Source: the human T2T-CHM13v2.0 reference genome, Homo sapiens. Taken from it: 64,000 nt of DNA. The stretch's first letter is position 1, and every line of letters begins with the position of its first letter. Positions 41,239 to 58,959 of this stretch are shown here, piece by piece. A program made the position numbers and the translations under genes. The notes under the pieces were generated by a model. That model ran no database searches, was not told where the DNA came from, and saw only the letters and a list, made by a program, of their open reading frames with translations. Location of the stretch: NCBI RefSeq assembly GCF_009914755.1, contig NC_060933.1. The stretch is one strand, 5' to 3'.

Positions 41239-42420
41239 ACTAAGTATTTTAATGATAGAGGAATTATTATATACCTGCTATATCCTTAACACAAAAGTGT
41301 GTGGTATGGACGGGGGTATGAGAAATTTGTAAGGCATGATATAAATCCACATGGAGCATTGCATCTACTAGAGTAGCAGGACACATACATCCATGACACA
41401 CAAAACCACGAATACATACAAGTTACAGAATGCAGATTATTATATAATTAAACAGTATATAACATACTGCCTACTAAGCAGCACTCAGGGGTGAGGTAAC
41501 AACTCGATCAGGATGAAATAAAACTGGCCTGGAATTACCTCCAGCTGAAGATGACTTGATTCTTGAATCTGGCCGGATTCTGTCTAGAGAGAGAATACTC
41601 CTGGGCCAGCTATGCACTGTTCTCCAAACTTGGAAAAGTGGCAATAAGTAGGAAAGAAATCCCATTTTAAGGGCACATGCACAACAGGAAGCCCTTTTTT
41701 TCTAGATAGACTCCTGGATGCAAATTCCCCAGGTTTATATTCACTTAGGCCTCAATCTCACTCAGGTTAATATATTATTTGAAGTGATTTTGCTAAGGAT
41801 AGACACACAGGTCTTACTACATGCGGGCTAAATAGTTGAAGATGTCTCTATTTTCTGCTACCCTAGTGCTCTCTCTTTGTGCAGCCGCATTACTCAAACA
41901 AACAAAAGAAAATCTTCCCAGAACACTAGGAAGCCACACCTTTGGTATCAGTCTTGTATGGAAGGGTAGAAACATGTGGGCAACTTGAGACCTGAGGTCA
42001 CCATCCAAACTCATCAAAGAAAATAGCACCAGTGCACAGTCAGTTATCTTTTAGAATGGTTTCTGCCAATCATTCTAATCTATTTTGTATTGCATTTTTA
42101 ATTTTATTCATTGCTATATCACTTAATTCCCATATTTTATGTTGCCTTTGTGACTATTTTCTCTTGTGTGAAAGTACCTCTTAGTCATTCGCTTGTCGTA
42201 GTTGTTTGGATAGTTGCTTCAATTTTTTATTTCTATTTATTTATTTATTTTTGCTAATGGATTATCAGCATTTAATTATGATCTTTTTGCTTTTCTTGAT
42301 TTTTCCCTCATTATGAAGTTCCTGGAGTGAGATTACTGAGTTAAAATGAAAGAAGTTGTGCTGTTTTCCAGAATGGCTGTAACAATTTACAATGCTGTTT
42401 GCCATGTATGAGTGTGTTAG

Positions 42421-42830
42421 TGTGGCAGATTCCATATTCTAATGATGGCCATAAGAATATCTTCATTCTACGTGATCTTTGCTTATGTGACCTTGACATT
42501 CCTCTCATCAAGCGGTGAGGCTCTCCCCACAACACTTGACTCTGGGTGGGCTTGTAACTTGCTTGTAACCAATAGAATGCAACCAAAGTGATGTGGCATG
42601 ACTGATGAGGCTGAATAAGGAAAAGCAATGCAGCCTCCACCTTGTTTTCCAGAACATTCACGTTCGGTGCCATGAACTGCCATATAAGAAATTTGGGTGT
42701 CCTAAGACCACAATACCAGAATGCATGTACCAAGCCACATGGAAAGGCCACATATAATAAGCACCCTAAAAGTAGTTCTAGATTTCCAGTCTCCCAACTC
42801 AGGTGCCAGGGTTTGGAAGTCCTATTGACA
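42421..42830 (+). mobile_element. MLT1F/G/H-like LTR
   Basis: tgtggcaga start; ctgggtgggcttgtaacttgcttgtaaccaatagaatgc motif. Confidence 0.7.
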
Positions 42831-42972
42831 TCCCAGCATGAAAATTTACTTGGCAATTATGTATATGGACTTGCCTCTCAGGAAGAGGCTAAAGTGGAGG
42901 TCTGGATTTAAAGGTCATCAAGCAATGATGAAAATTGAAACTATGGGAGTGATTGTGATTGCCTAACGAGAG

Positions 42973-43460
42973 TGTATCAGTTAACCATTGCCACATCACA
43001 AGCCATCTCAAAACTTAGTGGTTTAAAACAACACTAATAAATATTTATTCATAATTCTGAAACCTGAGTTGGGCTCAGTGGGGTAGCTTGTCCCTGTTCC
43101 ACATGGTATTGGCTGAGGTCGTTCATGCATTTGCAGTCAGTTGATGGCACAACTGGAGCCGGAGGATGCAATGTGGCCTTATCCACATGTCTGTCACCTG
43201 AGATAGGATTGTTGGAATGGATGGGAGCCGGTCAGATCTTTCTCTTCCCCATGGTCTCTCATCTTCCAGGGTCTGTCTCTATACATAGGCCTGTATCTTC
43301 AAGAAGGATACCCCAAACTTTCTTACATGGCATCTCTGGGTGGCAAAAAGGTGAAAGCAGATGTCTTAAAGCCCAGCTCAGAATTTGTATAGTGTCATTT
43401 CCCTTCATTCTATTGGTTCAAGCAAAAGGCCAGCCCAGTGAGTGTGGGAGGGGAATTGAA
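42973..43460 (-). mobile_element. MLT1H/I-like LTR
   Basis: tgtatcagtta...ctcaaaacttagtggtttaaaacaac...cattctattggttcaagcaa. Confidence 0.7.
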
Positions 43461-43586
43461 TGTGAATTCAGTGATTCAATAAGGCTGTTATCTAACCATC
43501 AGTCAAAAAGGATATGGGAATGAGAATAATCTAATGCTTGGAAGAGCACGACATCTAAAGAGTGAGTGTAGAAAAAGAAGCCCATT

Positions 43587-45157
<1,571 letters not shown>

Positions 45158-46514
45158 AGAAAAAGAAGCCCATTATGTGACTGAAGGGTGACCAGAGATA
45201 CAGGAGGAAAAGCAAGTAAGAATGATATTATAGCAATTAAAAATTCCACTTCTAGAAAAATAGAACGGTTTGTTACTGCCAAAGTAAGAACATAATAATG
45301 AAACACACCTTCAGATTTAATAACAAGCAGTTATTGGTGACTTCGACAGGAAGAGATTCAGTGGAGCAGAAGGAGCTGAAGCCAGATTGCAGAAGGTTGA
45401 AGGAAGGAAGCACAGGGAGAGAGAAGGTTGCCTGTAAAAGGGCAGAGAGAACTGGGGAAATAGCCAGAATTTGACATGTTTCTATTTTAGTTTGTTAGTT
45501 TGTATATACAGGAGGAATTTGGACCAGTCAAAATGCTGAGAGGAAGGTGGAGACAAAAAGGGAAAGGTTGAAGGTATTTGAGAAACAAATATTAAGGAAA
45601 TGAGTTCTAGTTTCTAGTTCTAGTTTAGCAGAAATTAAAATCAGTTTAACTGTGCAGAACAAGATTTTGTTACCTTAAGCTATTATTTTCATTCATTTTA
45701 ATTTTCTAAAAAGACAATTTACTTGGAATCAAAAGGAGTAAAATCCATTAAAATGTATAAATATGTAATTTCACTTTGCTTTTTGAAGTGCCCAGTTAAG
45801 AATGATTTAATCTAAAATGAATCCATTTAAAAGTAAAAATGTTTAAAGTAAGAGGAAATATTTTGAAAGTATATTGTCTTATGAAAGTAAATAGTATATT
45901 TAAAATATGCATCCTTGCATTTGACATATTTATTCATTTTCTTCAAGATGTAAATGCTTTAACAAATGTTGCAAATGTAGAGAAATAAATTAACTTTACA
46001 TCAAAGAGCAAACATCTCACAAATGGCAACAAGAGAGCAGTTGTATTTAAGATGTCTGATATTCCTTTATGTCTATATTAATAATAAATAAAATATTTCA
46101 CTGTACTATTTTTCCTCATGGAAAACCCTGCTGTCCTTATTCATATACAAATCAAGCTGAAGGGGGATCTGGATGCCTGTGTACCTCCCAGAAGCTTTTT
46201 CTGGAACTGATTTGATGAGATGATTTACACTTTCTAACCATCCTTTTATACAGATAGGCTCTTCACTATTTTTACCTTTGGAGTCCTGGGTATTTTGCTG
46301 GGTTTGATAAAGTGGATCAGACACACATGTTTGCTCCAGAGAGTTTAAACATACATTATTGATTCTATCGTTTGAAGGTAAAAATGCTTTCAGAAGAAAC
46401 TTGGAAAACAAGTCTAAATCAATTGAATTTAAAGACCAATAGAAATCCCTAGATATGGTTTCCACAGCAACAATTTGAATGTTTAATATTTCTTTGCACT
46501 CAAAAGGTAATTAA

Positions 46515-47150
46515 TTGCTTCATTAATTCAATGCAAAAATTTTGCAACCTACTATGTGCTAGGTAACTGAGAAGCAAAAAGAATAAAGCCAAATGGCATC
46601 TTGTTTTTGCCCCTTCTCTCCCATCCGGTAGCCAATAGAGAGTTCACAGTCTACTCAGGATGCCAGGCAAATAAAGAGTTTTAATAATAATGTGATATGT
46701 GCCATAATGAAGGTGGGAAAAATGTACTTTGAAAGCACAGAAAGAAGTTAAATTTGTCTGTTGAGACTAAAGACAGACAGGAAAGACTCACCTGTTTAAA
46801 CAGCTGAGGAGACATTTGAGTTTTATTTTCAAGAATGATACTGGTTTGTAGAATGAATTGAGGGCTTGGGAAGAGGTGGGAGGATGGACTGAGTGGTCAG
46901 GAGGAAAGAAGTGCATCCTGTTCAGAGGAAATAGCATGTGTAAAGACAAAGAACTGTTAGGACATTGTGGTTTTGGAGTGCTCCTTGCGGTTTTTTTTCT
47001 CTAGTATGACAGAAGGCATGATATGCTGAGGGAGTGAAAAGTTATTATGCTGGTAGAGTAGACAGAGATATGATAAAACATTTCTGTGACATCATAAGAA
47101 GTTTGAACTTTATTAGTGGGGAATGTTGAATGATCAATTATTTATATCAG
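46515..47150 (-). mobile_element. L2 LINE relic
   Basis: ttcattaattcaa...cctactatgtgctagg...ggagacatttgag...cagaggaaatagcatgtgtaaag. Confidence 0.7.
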
Positions 47151-47499
47151 GCATAAATATTAAGAACAGGAAAATCAGAGCAATGAATCATAGGACTTGT
47201 ATGACAAGAGGTGATTAATATTTCTATTTCTCTGCCTTCAAGAAAAGCAATTGTCAAGGTATGTTTGCGGGTGACTTGTTCTTTTATGTAAAAGAGTCTG
47301 GGGGATGCCCCCTTGTTACTTGTTGTGTTATTGAATAGTTTTTATCAACAAGACTTAATTCCACACGCTGAATCTCACAGTGTGTAATTAAATCTTAGAC
47401 TCTTGTTTTATCCTTAGGGACATGAAGACCTCTTTTGGCAATTTTTAATTCACTTGAAGGCAATTTTAAAGTTACTCCTTTGACTTTTCATTTTGGACT

Positions 47500-47790
47500 A
47501 AATAATCCTATCTCATTTTTTTCATAACTTCTATGTTACAATGCTTTAAACCATTTCAGTTGCTATTTTCTGGATTTTTCTCCTAGTTTCTTGATATATT
47601 CCTTGTAAGTGGTAAAATAAGCACCAAGCAATATAATATTTTAAAAAGATTCTGGGTGATGTTAGATCTAAGATAAAGGATTATTCCCAGCCATTTCTTA
47701 TCATACATCTGTTAGGATATACCTAGTATTATGTTAGAATTTTTTAAAGGCAGCTCTGCATTGGTGAAAGATACAATTTATGTTTTGACC
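47500..47790 (-). mobile_element. L3/CR1 LINE relic
   Basis: gttgctattttctggatttttctcctagtttcttgatatattccttg...ggattattccc...tacatctgttaggatatacctag resembles the reverse CR1 RT/3' region. Confidence 0.5.
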
Positions 47791-48567
47791 ATTCTTTTTT
47801 CTTTTCTATTTTGCAGTTAAAAACATTTTAAAAGCAGTCTTGTAAAGTTTTTTCTTATCATTGATGGGTGATTTCTCTTGACATCTTAAATTCCATTCAT
47901 ATCTCAAGCAACAAGCTATAATGAAATGAGGAGATGTTTGGGAGACCCGAGTTCAAACCATGTCTCTTTAAGAAAGGTTGGAATAGAGCAATTTAAGCTA
48001 AAAAAGTCCCAGAATAATTATGGGACATTCTCAAAAGTATCCTAATTTGGATGATAACCTGCATTATCACTTTAGGCTCTTGTAATTATGAGTTTATGCT
48101 TCTCTGAATCTCAGCTTCCTCCTTGGTAAGAGGGAACAAAATATATAGCCAATACAATTGCTGGGAGATTTAAATATTTTAAAAAGTTAAAATTTTTAGC
48201 ATGAAGCTTGACACAAAGCAAAGACTTTAGTTAAATAGGCCTTTTCCTCTTTTCTTGTCCCCTTTTTATAAAAATGATAATTCCTCCCTTCAAATCAGGT
48301 AGTCTCTGTATACATAAATTAGCTAAATATCTGAGATAAAAATATACCCAACGAAATAACATGTTTGTAAAGTTCAGACTTAGATTTCAGTAGGAAGCTT
48401 AAGGTGCATCCTTGCTATACCCACAATCTAGGTCATTGCTAATGACATTGCATAATACAGAAATCTATGTACAATGGCTTCAGTTATCCCTTAGCTTCAT
48501 ATGCAACCAATAAGAATGCTTCTATGTTCAGCTGAGCCTTCAGTTTTTAGATGAAATCTCATTAAAA

Positions 48568-48905
48568 CAGAATTTCACCAAGTGCATTCTTAGGAACACT
48601 GTTCCCTGTAAGTAGTTAGTGGACATTATGAATGGGGAAGAAGTGCTGCGGACAAAAACAAACAAACAAACAAACAAACAAAACAAAACAATGTGGAAAT
48701 GGGAAATGTTGGAATAAACAAAGTTAAAGTTACCTGTAACTTGCAGGATTTCCCAGAGCCTTTAGCATACTCATCTTTACTGTGAATCTGAAAGAGTGTA
48801 ATATAGTATGCAGCATTTACAAAATAAGTAATTGAACTTGGATCCCTTTTTCCATGGAGCTCCTCAACATACCAAGTTATTGAGAGCTCAGTTTACCACA
48901 GTGTT
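48568..48905 (+). mobile_element. MER103C-like hAT-Charlie DNA transposon
   Basis: taaacaaagttaaa...tgcaggatttcccagagcctttagcatact...atatagtatgcagcattt. Confidence 0.7.
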
Positions 48906-49148
48906 TTCCAGTCTTGGTAGAATGTTCATTCATTTATTTAAAAAAATATTGTTGGCTTACAGCATTTATTGATTGAGTGCTTTGTGTCTAAGTGGCACTT
49001 GGCACTTCAAACCATATTATTTAACACATTATAATTTAATATGTAAAAAGTAATTAGAACTTAAAAAGTATAGTAACATGGTAAATTTGGTAAATGATTT
49101 TTTCATTCTTATTTTGTGGCAAGGATTTAGTATGTTAGCTGTTTAGTA

Positions 49149-49395
49149 CAATGGTTTCCAAACTTTCTAAATTGTGTCCTCAGTTCTTCACAGGGCAAAT
49201 ATACTTATTTATTTATAAATTGTATTTGCATATTAATGGGTTAATATATAATGTAAGCATGTGCAAAATTTAGATGTTCGAAGGGATTAGATGAAAAAAT
49301 AAATAGAAATAGAAATTCTAATATTTTCTTCCTGGGCTTTGATGGTTCACCTTGCCAACCTCTAGGCCACATACTTCTCTCTTTGGAGACCATTG
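49149..49395 (-). mobile_element. MER112-like hAT-Charlie DNA transposon
   Basis: TIRs caatggtttccaaa...tttggagaccattg; aatagaaattctaatattttcttcc. Confidence 0.7.
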
Positions 49396-49851
49396 TACTA
49401 GTAGTAAAGAAGCAAAGAAGGAAACAGAGATAACTGCTATATACTTGGAGGAAATATTGTCTTTCATTCATCATATTTGTCATCACTTATTATGGAGAAA
49501 ATTGAGGTTTGACACTATTGTAAACTGTTCACAAAAAAGGATAAAGAAATAATTTTTTGATCTTAATAAGCTTATCCTGATTGAAGGAAATATATAATAA
49601 CAGAGAAATATTGACTGAAGAAGACACTCATTGAAAATGGTGCGATAGGAGTCTCCAGTGCTTGCTCATTCACAGAAACATCAATTTTAATAACCATTCA
49701 TGCACAAATACCTTTGCAAGAGCTAAGGAATCAAAGTGAGAATTACAGTACCTGGGTGGAACACAGAAATAAGAAAAGGCACTTTGAAGAAGGTAGAAAG
49801 GATTGTTGCATATTGCTTGCATCACTTCTCTCCCAAGCCCACACAGCACAG

Positions 49852-50000
49852 TATATATATATTTTATATATAATATATATATATTTTATATATAATATAT
49901 ATATATTTTATATATAATATATATATTTTATATATAATATATATATATTTTATATATAATATATATTTTATATATATACATATATATTATATATATATTT

Positions 50001-50059
<59 letters not shown>
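49852..50059. repeat. AT-only VNTR (~22-bp unit TATATATATATTTTATATATAA) followed by (TA)n and (GA)n
   Basis: About 180 bp of A/T with a single C, then an (AG) run. Confidence 0.95.
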
Positions 50060-51255
50060 TAATCTTCAGGTTGGGAAAACAGTTACATAAGCACAAGACT
50101 TCATCATAGGCTACAGCACCAGGTCAGCCCCAGTGAACCTCAGCACCAGACTTGCCCCCACAGACCCAGGTTTTAGGCTTGTCCCAGTGCTAAGCTGGCT
50201 CTCAAAGCCTCAGTCTTCAGGCCTGCCCCTATGGACTCATGCTGTATGATAGCTACCATGGCTCCAGGCACTGGACCAGTACCCATGGACCTAGGCTTCA
50301 GGCTGGCTCCTGCAAATCTAAGCGCCAGCCCTGCCCCAGTGCCAGACCAGGCTCTGTCATCCCAGATTCCAGGCCAAATGTCACAAACCCAGGTGCCACA
50401 CCTGTCTGCCCTCTGACTGAAGCATCAAGCCAGCTGTTCTGGTGACTTCAGTAGCCAGCCTGTCTATGGAACCTCAGAGCGGAGCTGCCCAGAATTTCTG
50501 GTTGAGCCAACTGGTGAAGTGTTTTTCCTTTTAAAGCCAGTCTGTAAAGACTAGAAACAGTGCCTATTTCTTTAACTGCATAGACACCAACACAAGGCCA
50601 AAACGATCATGAATAATCAGGGAAACATGACACCACCAAAGGCACAAAATAAATTGCCAGTAACTGACCCTAAATAAATAGAAGTATATGAACTGCTAGA
50701 TAAAGAATTCAAAATGATTATCTTGGAGAAGCTCAGTGAACTACAAGAGAACACAGATAGGCAACTAAACAAAAATCAGATTAAAAATATATGAACAAAA
50801 TGGGAAGTTCAATAGAAAAATAGAAACCATAGAAAAGAACCAAACAGAAATACTAGGGTTGAAGAACACATAATTGAACTGCAAATTTCTACAGAGAGCC
50901 TAAACAGCAGACTTGATCAAGCAGAAGAAAGAATTGGTGAGCTTAAAGATAGGTCATTTGAGAATATCTAGTCAGAGGAACAATTTTAAAACAAGAAAGA
51001 CAATGGGACTATGGGGCACCATTAAGCAAACATATACATTATGAAATTTTCAGAAGGAGAAGACAAGGATGAAAGAGAGGAAAGCTTATTTAAGGAAATA
51101 ATGATAGAAAACTTTCCAAAGCTGGAGAGGAAAATGAACATCCAGATCCATGAAGCCCAAAAGTAAACATGGAACATAAACGTATATTTAGATTAGACGT
51201 AAAAAGATATTCACTTAAACACATTATAATCAAATTATTAAATTAAAGACAGAAT

Positions 51256-51296
51256 CTCTATTTTTTACAAGGCAGAATAGTTTCTATTGTGTGTGT

Positions 51297-51327
<31 letters not shown>

Positions 51328-52097
51328 CCACATTTTCTTTATTTGTTGATGGGCATTTACATTGATTCCATAACTTGACAGTTGTGAATACTGCTGTAAT
51401 ATGAGATATCTGCAATCTGAGAGTGCAGATACTTCTTTGACATACTGATTTCAGATCCTTTGGAAATCCCAGAAGTGGGATTGCTGGATCATATGGTAAT
51501 TCTATTTTTAGTTTTTGAGAAGCCTTCATACAGTTTTCCATAATGGCTGTACTAATTTACATTTCCACCAACAATATACAAGGGATTCCTTTTTCTGCCT
51601 ATCTTTGCAAACACTGGTTATCTTTCATCTCTTTTATAATAGTCGTTCTACAAGGTATGCAGTGATATCTAATTCTGATTTTAATTTGCACTACTCTAAT
51701 GATTAGTGATGTTGAACATATTTTCATATATCTGTTGGCCATTTGTATGTATGTTTGCAGCAACATGGATAAACCTGGAGGGCATTCATCTAAGTGAAAC
51801 AAGCTGGGCACAGAAAAACAAATACCATATATTCTCACTTCTATATGAAATCTAAAACAACCAGACTAATGGAAGAAGCAGAATTGTGGTTTTCAGAGGC
51901 CGAGGAAGGGGGACTGGGGAGATATTGGTCAAAAGGCATAATGTTTCAGTTAGACAGTATGAATAAATGATAAATATTTAAGGTGTTGAATATGTTAATT
52001 AACTTGATTTAATCATTCCACATTCCATACATATATCATAGCATCACATTGGAGCCCATAAATACCTACAATTGTAATTTATCAATATTCAATAAAA
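51256..52097 (+). mobile_element. L1MA-type 3' fragment with 5' inversion, nested in ORF1 of the older L1M
   Basis: - strand L1 51256-~51750 ([14 protein letters not shown]), + strand 3'UTR ~51751-52097 ending aataaaataaaaaaag; degenerate TSD. Confidence 0.8.
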
Positions 52098-53884
52098 TAA
52101 AAAAAGAAGTCAAAGAGAATTTTGAAAGCAGCAAGAGAAAAGCCTTTTATCACATACAAGGGAAACTACCTTCCCTTATAAGACTATCAGCAGACTTTTT
52201 TTTTGCAGAAACCTCGCAGACCAAGGGGGAGTGGGACATAATATACACAGTGTTGGAAAGAAAACAACAAAAAACCTTTCAATCAAGAATATTATACGTG
52301 GCAAAGTTATCCTTCAGAAATGTGGGAATTATAAAGATCTTCCCAGACAAACGAAAGCTAAGGGAGTTCATCGTCACTAGATGAGCCTTACAAGAAACGG
52401 TAAAGGGAGTTCCTTCAATTGAAAAACAGTACACTAGCTAAGAACATAAAAACATATGAAAGTATAGAAATCACTGTAAAGGTAAGAATATCATCAAAGG
52501 GTCAGACTCTAGTACTATCAATAGTACTAGGGTCAGAAGACCCTAGTACTATTATGGTGGCATATAAATTACCTTTAACACTAGCATAAGAGTTAAGATA
52601 CAAAATTATCAAAAATAACTTTAGCCATAACAATTTGTTAAAGAAAGCACAATATAAAAAAGATAACCTGTGATCTTAATAACATAAAAAGTGAGGAGAG
52701 GAAAAGTAAAAGTGTAGAATTTTTGTATGTAATTGAAGTTAAGTTGTTAGATTAAATAGACTATTATAACTGAAAAAGATATTTTATGTAAGCCCTGTGG
52801 TAACCACAGAGAAAATTACCTGTTACAGGTCCAGAAAAGATAAAGAAAAAGGAATCAAAGCATACCACTACCAAAAAATCATCAAGTTACAAAGGAAGAC
52901 TATGAGAGGAAGAAAGGAATAAAGAAACTACAAAACAGTAAGGAAACAATGAATAAAATGGCAATAATAAGTCCTTATTATCAATAATCACTTAAAACGT
53001 AAGTGCATTAAGTTTTCCAGTAAATGACATAAAGTGGTTGAACAGCTTAAAAAAAATAAACCTTGATGTAATTCTATACTGCCTAGAATGGAGTCAGTTT
53101 TACTTTAGAAACACATACAGAATTAAAGTGAAGAGATGAGAAAAGATATTCTAGGCAAATAGTAACCAAAAAAGAGCAGGAGTGGCTATACTTATGTTGA
53201 ACAAAATGGACTGTAAGTCAAAACTGTCAAAATAAACAAAGAAGGTTATTATTTAAAAATAAAAGGGTCAATTAAACAATAGGATATAGCAATTATAAAT
53301 AATATTCACCCAACATCAGAGCACCTAAATATATAAAACAAATATTAATAGATCTGAAGGGAGAGATAGACAATAAAATAATAGTAGGGGACTTTAATGT
53401 ACTACTTTCAACAGTGTACAGGTTGCCTAGACTGAAAATCAGTAAGGAAACAACAGACTTGAACAACACTATAGACCAAATGGACCTAACAAGTATTTAT
53501 AGAACATACCAACCAATAGCAGCAGAATACACATTTTTTTTCAAGTGCACACAGATCATTTTCCAGGACAGATCACATGTGAGGCTATGAACCAAGTCTT
53601 AATAAATTTAAGAAGATTGAAATCCTATCAAATATCTTTTCTGACCACAACAGTGTGCAATTTAAAATCAACAGTGGTAGGAAAATGGAAAAATTCACAA
53701 ATATTTGTAAATTAAATAATACATTCCTGAACAATCAATGGGTCAAAGATAAAATCAAAAGAACATTAAAAACCTATATATTTTAAATATATAAAATTAT
53801 TTTAATAATATTAATTGATTTATTTAAATATAGAAAATAATTTTGGGTGGAAATACCCTAAACATCAAAGATAGCACCATTTTA

Positions 53885-54085
53885 GTATTAAGTGTGTCAA
53901 TGGGGAAAAGCCTAAGATTTTGGGTCAAGACACCCAGGTTCAGACCTGAATTCTATCATTTCCCATCATGTGATCTTAAGCAAGTAACACATTTCCTCTG
54001 AGTTTCAGTTTTTCTCATCTATGAATGAAGATAATATTACTTTGTTGCATTGTTGGAATATAATCTAATATATGAAATGTATCAG
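53885..54085 (+). mobile_element. MIR SINE
   Basis: ggttcagacctg...tgtgatcttaagcaagtaac...ctctgagtttcagtttttctcatctatgaa. Confidence 0.8.
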
Positions 54086-54705
54086 AAACTTATTTTACTT
54101 GACTAGAAATAATGTTGTTAAGGCATATGTTATAGATCCCAAGCATGGGAGGTAAACCTCTATCAAAAAACAAATGTGATTAACCTACATTATATATGTG
54201 TGTGTGTATCTTTCTCTCTCTCTCTCTCTATATATATATGTATACACACACACACATTCAACAATTAACAGATCATCCAGACTGAAAATCAAAATGTCTG
54301 TCAGAGGGGGAGAGAGGGAGGGAGATTGAGAGAGAGAGAGGGAAAGAGAGAACTCCTATTTTACTTTGGTTTATTTTGAGACAGACACTCTTTTTATTAA
54401 AGTATGAATATATAAGTGTGTATATTTTTCCTGTTGATGAAGAATAATGAATAGACATTAAACATTCATCTTATTTAAAATCTTTCTATTTTTTCCTAAT
54501 CAAAAGACTCCTGAAGAGTATCTTCACGTGTTAGCCTCAGAGCCTCTTCCCTTGCTGGACCCTGTGAGATGTTTGTCCACATATAGTGACTTGCTGCTTG
54601 CCTTCCATCATATTTCAGCTTTTACAGTCAACTTTCCACTTTCCTGACCACCTAAAAAGTACCCAGTAAATAACCCTTTATCGCTTTACCTTGTCTTTAT
54701 CTTTT

Positions 54706-55000
54706 TTTTTTTTTTTTCTGAGACAGAGTCTCACTCTGTCATCAAGGCTGGAGTGCAGTGGTGTGATCTTGGCTCACTGCAACCTCTGCCCCCGGGGTTC
54801 AAGTGATTCTCGTGCCTCAGCCTCCTGAGTAGCTTGGATTTCAGGTGCCCGCCACCATGCCTGGTTAATTTTTGTATTCTGGTAGAGATGGGGTTTCACC
54901 ATGTTGGCCAGGTTGGTCTCAAACTCCTGACCTCAGGTGATCCACCCACCTCGGCCTCCCAAAGTGCTGGGATTACAGGTGTGAGCCACCACGCCTGGCC
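54706..55000 (-). mobile_element. Full-length Alu (AluSx/Sz-like)
   Basis: Dimeric Alu; TSD G(T/C)CTTTATCTTTT 54693-54705 / 55001-55013. Confidence 0.97.
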
Positions 55001-55014
55001 GCCTTTATCTTTTA

Positions 55015-55045
55015 CCTGTTAAGAGAGTAGATCTTCAATGTTCTC

Positions 55046-55100
<55 letters not shown>

Positions 55101-55275
55101 AAACAAACAAAAACCAGTAATTATGCGAGGTGACGGATATGTTCTTTAGCTTGATTGTGGTAATGCATATCACAAATTACATATGTCTATCAAAACATCA
55201 TATATACCTTACATATATATAGACAGAAATAATTTTAATTTGCCAGTTATACTTCAATAAAGCTGGGGAAAAAAC
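55015..55275 (+). mobile_element. L1MA/MB 3'-end fragment with expanded (CA)n and poly(A)
   Basis: taagagagtagatctt..tgttctca...gaggtgacggatatgtt...ttatacttcaataaagctgg. Confidence 0.75.
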
Positions 55276-56043
55276 CCAGAAATATTTGTAGAACATTAAT
55301 CATATACTAGGTAGTAGGCATCAGGAATACAGAAGTTATGATCTTTTGAGGAACTTTTAAATATTAAAGAGATGCCCTAAACTGGGTAGTGTTTTCAAAA
55401 AAAAAAAAAAAAAAAGGGAAGGTAACCGTGGAAAATTCCTTTTTAATATTATGCATATTTTATTTTGAGTAGGAACTCTTTCTGTGAAAGTATCATGGGG
55501 AAAGTGTTGTATTAGGCGTCAACTTGCTTGGAGGGATCCTAGGACTCTCTTGTTCATGATTCTTACTTGAGTCTTGTTCTCATGAATTCTATTTGTTTCT
55601 AGCTACTTCTCCTCTTTAGGCCTAATTTAGTGTATAAGCCTTCTGCTGTCCTCTAAGCTGTGGTTGCTAGTCATTGCTCTTCCATTCTCCTCATTACTTG
55701 CCATTTGATCTCAGTGTATCAGCCATTTAAACTTTTTCCTTTGTCAATGGCTGCCATATTATTCACTTACCAGTAGTCTCCCATTTCACCCTTTGTGATG
55801 GTTACCCCAGTATATCATTACTTTAGATACATTTTATTTCACCATGACTCTAACTTCTTGCGGATGTTCACTTATATTTTAATCACATAAAATAGTCTTC
55901 ATTATTACTTAAATAAATGTGTCTTTAGAATTTTTCAAAAGGTATTTTCTATCTTAATGTTGTCATGCACTTGGATTTGTACACATAAAACCTTAGCTAT
56001 TTAAGGGATGGGTATAACCTATGAAAAGATTTCTCAGGTTTCT

Positions 56044-58959
<2,916 letters not shown>

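Larger units (their letters stand above)
49610..53785 (+). mobile_element. Old L1M element: 5'UTR with tandem units, decayed ORF1, inter-ORF region and ORF2 endonuclease; 3' part missing
   Basis: ORF1p CTD-like peptide IRLSADF..ETSQTKGEW..FQSRILYVAKLSF..REFIVTR (ORF 52049-52384); EN-like DNA (atagtaggggactttaat, tctgaccacaac) at 52950-53780. Confidence 0.85.

Noticed and set aside
42341-42856. 171-aa ORF
   Set aside because: Lies mostly antisense within an MLT1 LTR and has no protein-like features.
46106-46465. 119-aa ORF in apparently unique sequence
   Set aside because: GTG start, no recognisable domain and no clear splice context; this length is compatible with chance in 64 kb.
47790-47820. 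Strong-looking splice acceptor TTTTGCAG
   Set aside because: No convincing paired donor nearby; such tracts are common in T-rich DNA.
55015-55275. L1 3' fragment as the missing end of the 49.6-53.8 kb L1M
   Set aside because: An older MIR and unique DNA lie between them, which is inconsistent with one contiguous insertion.
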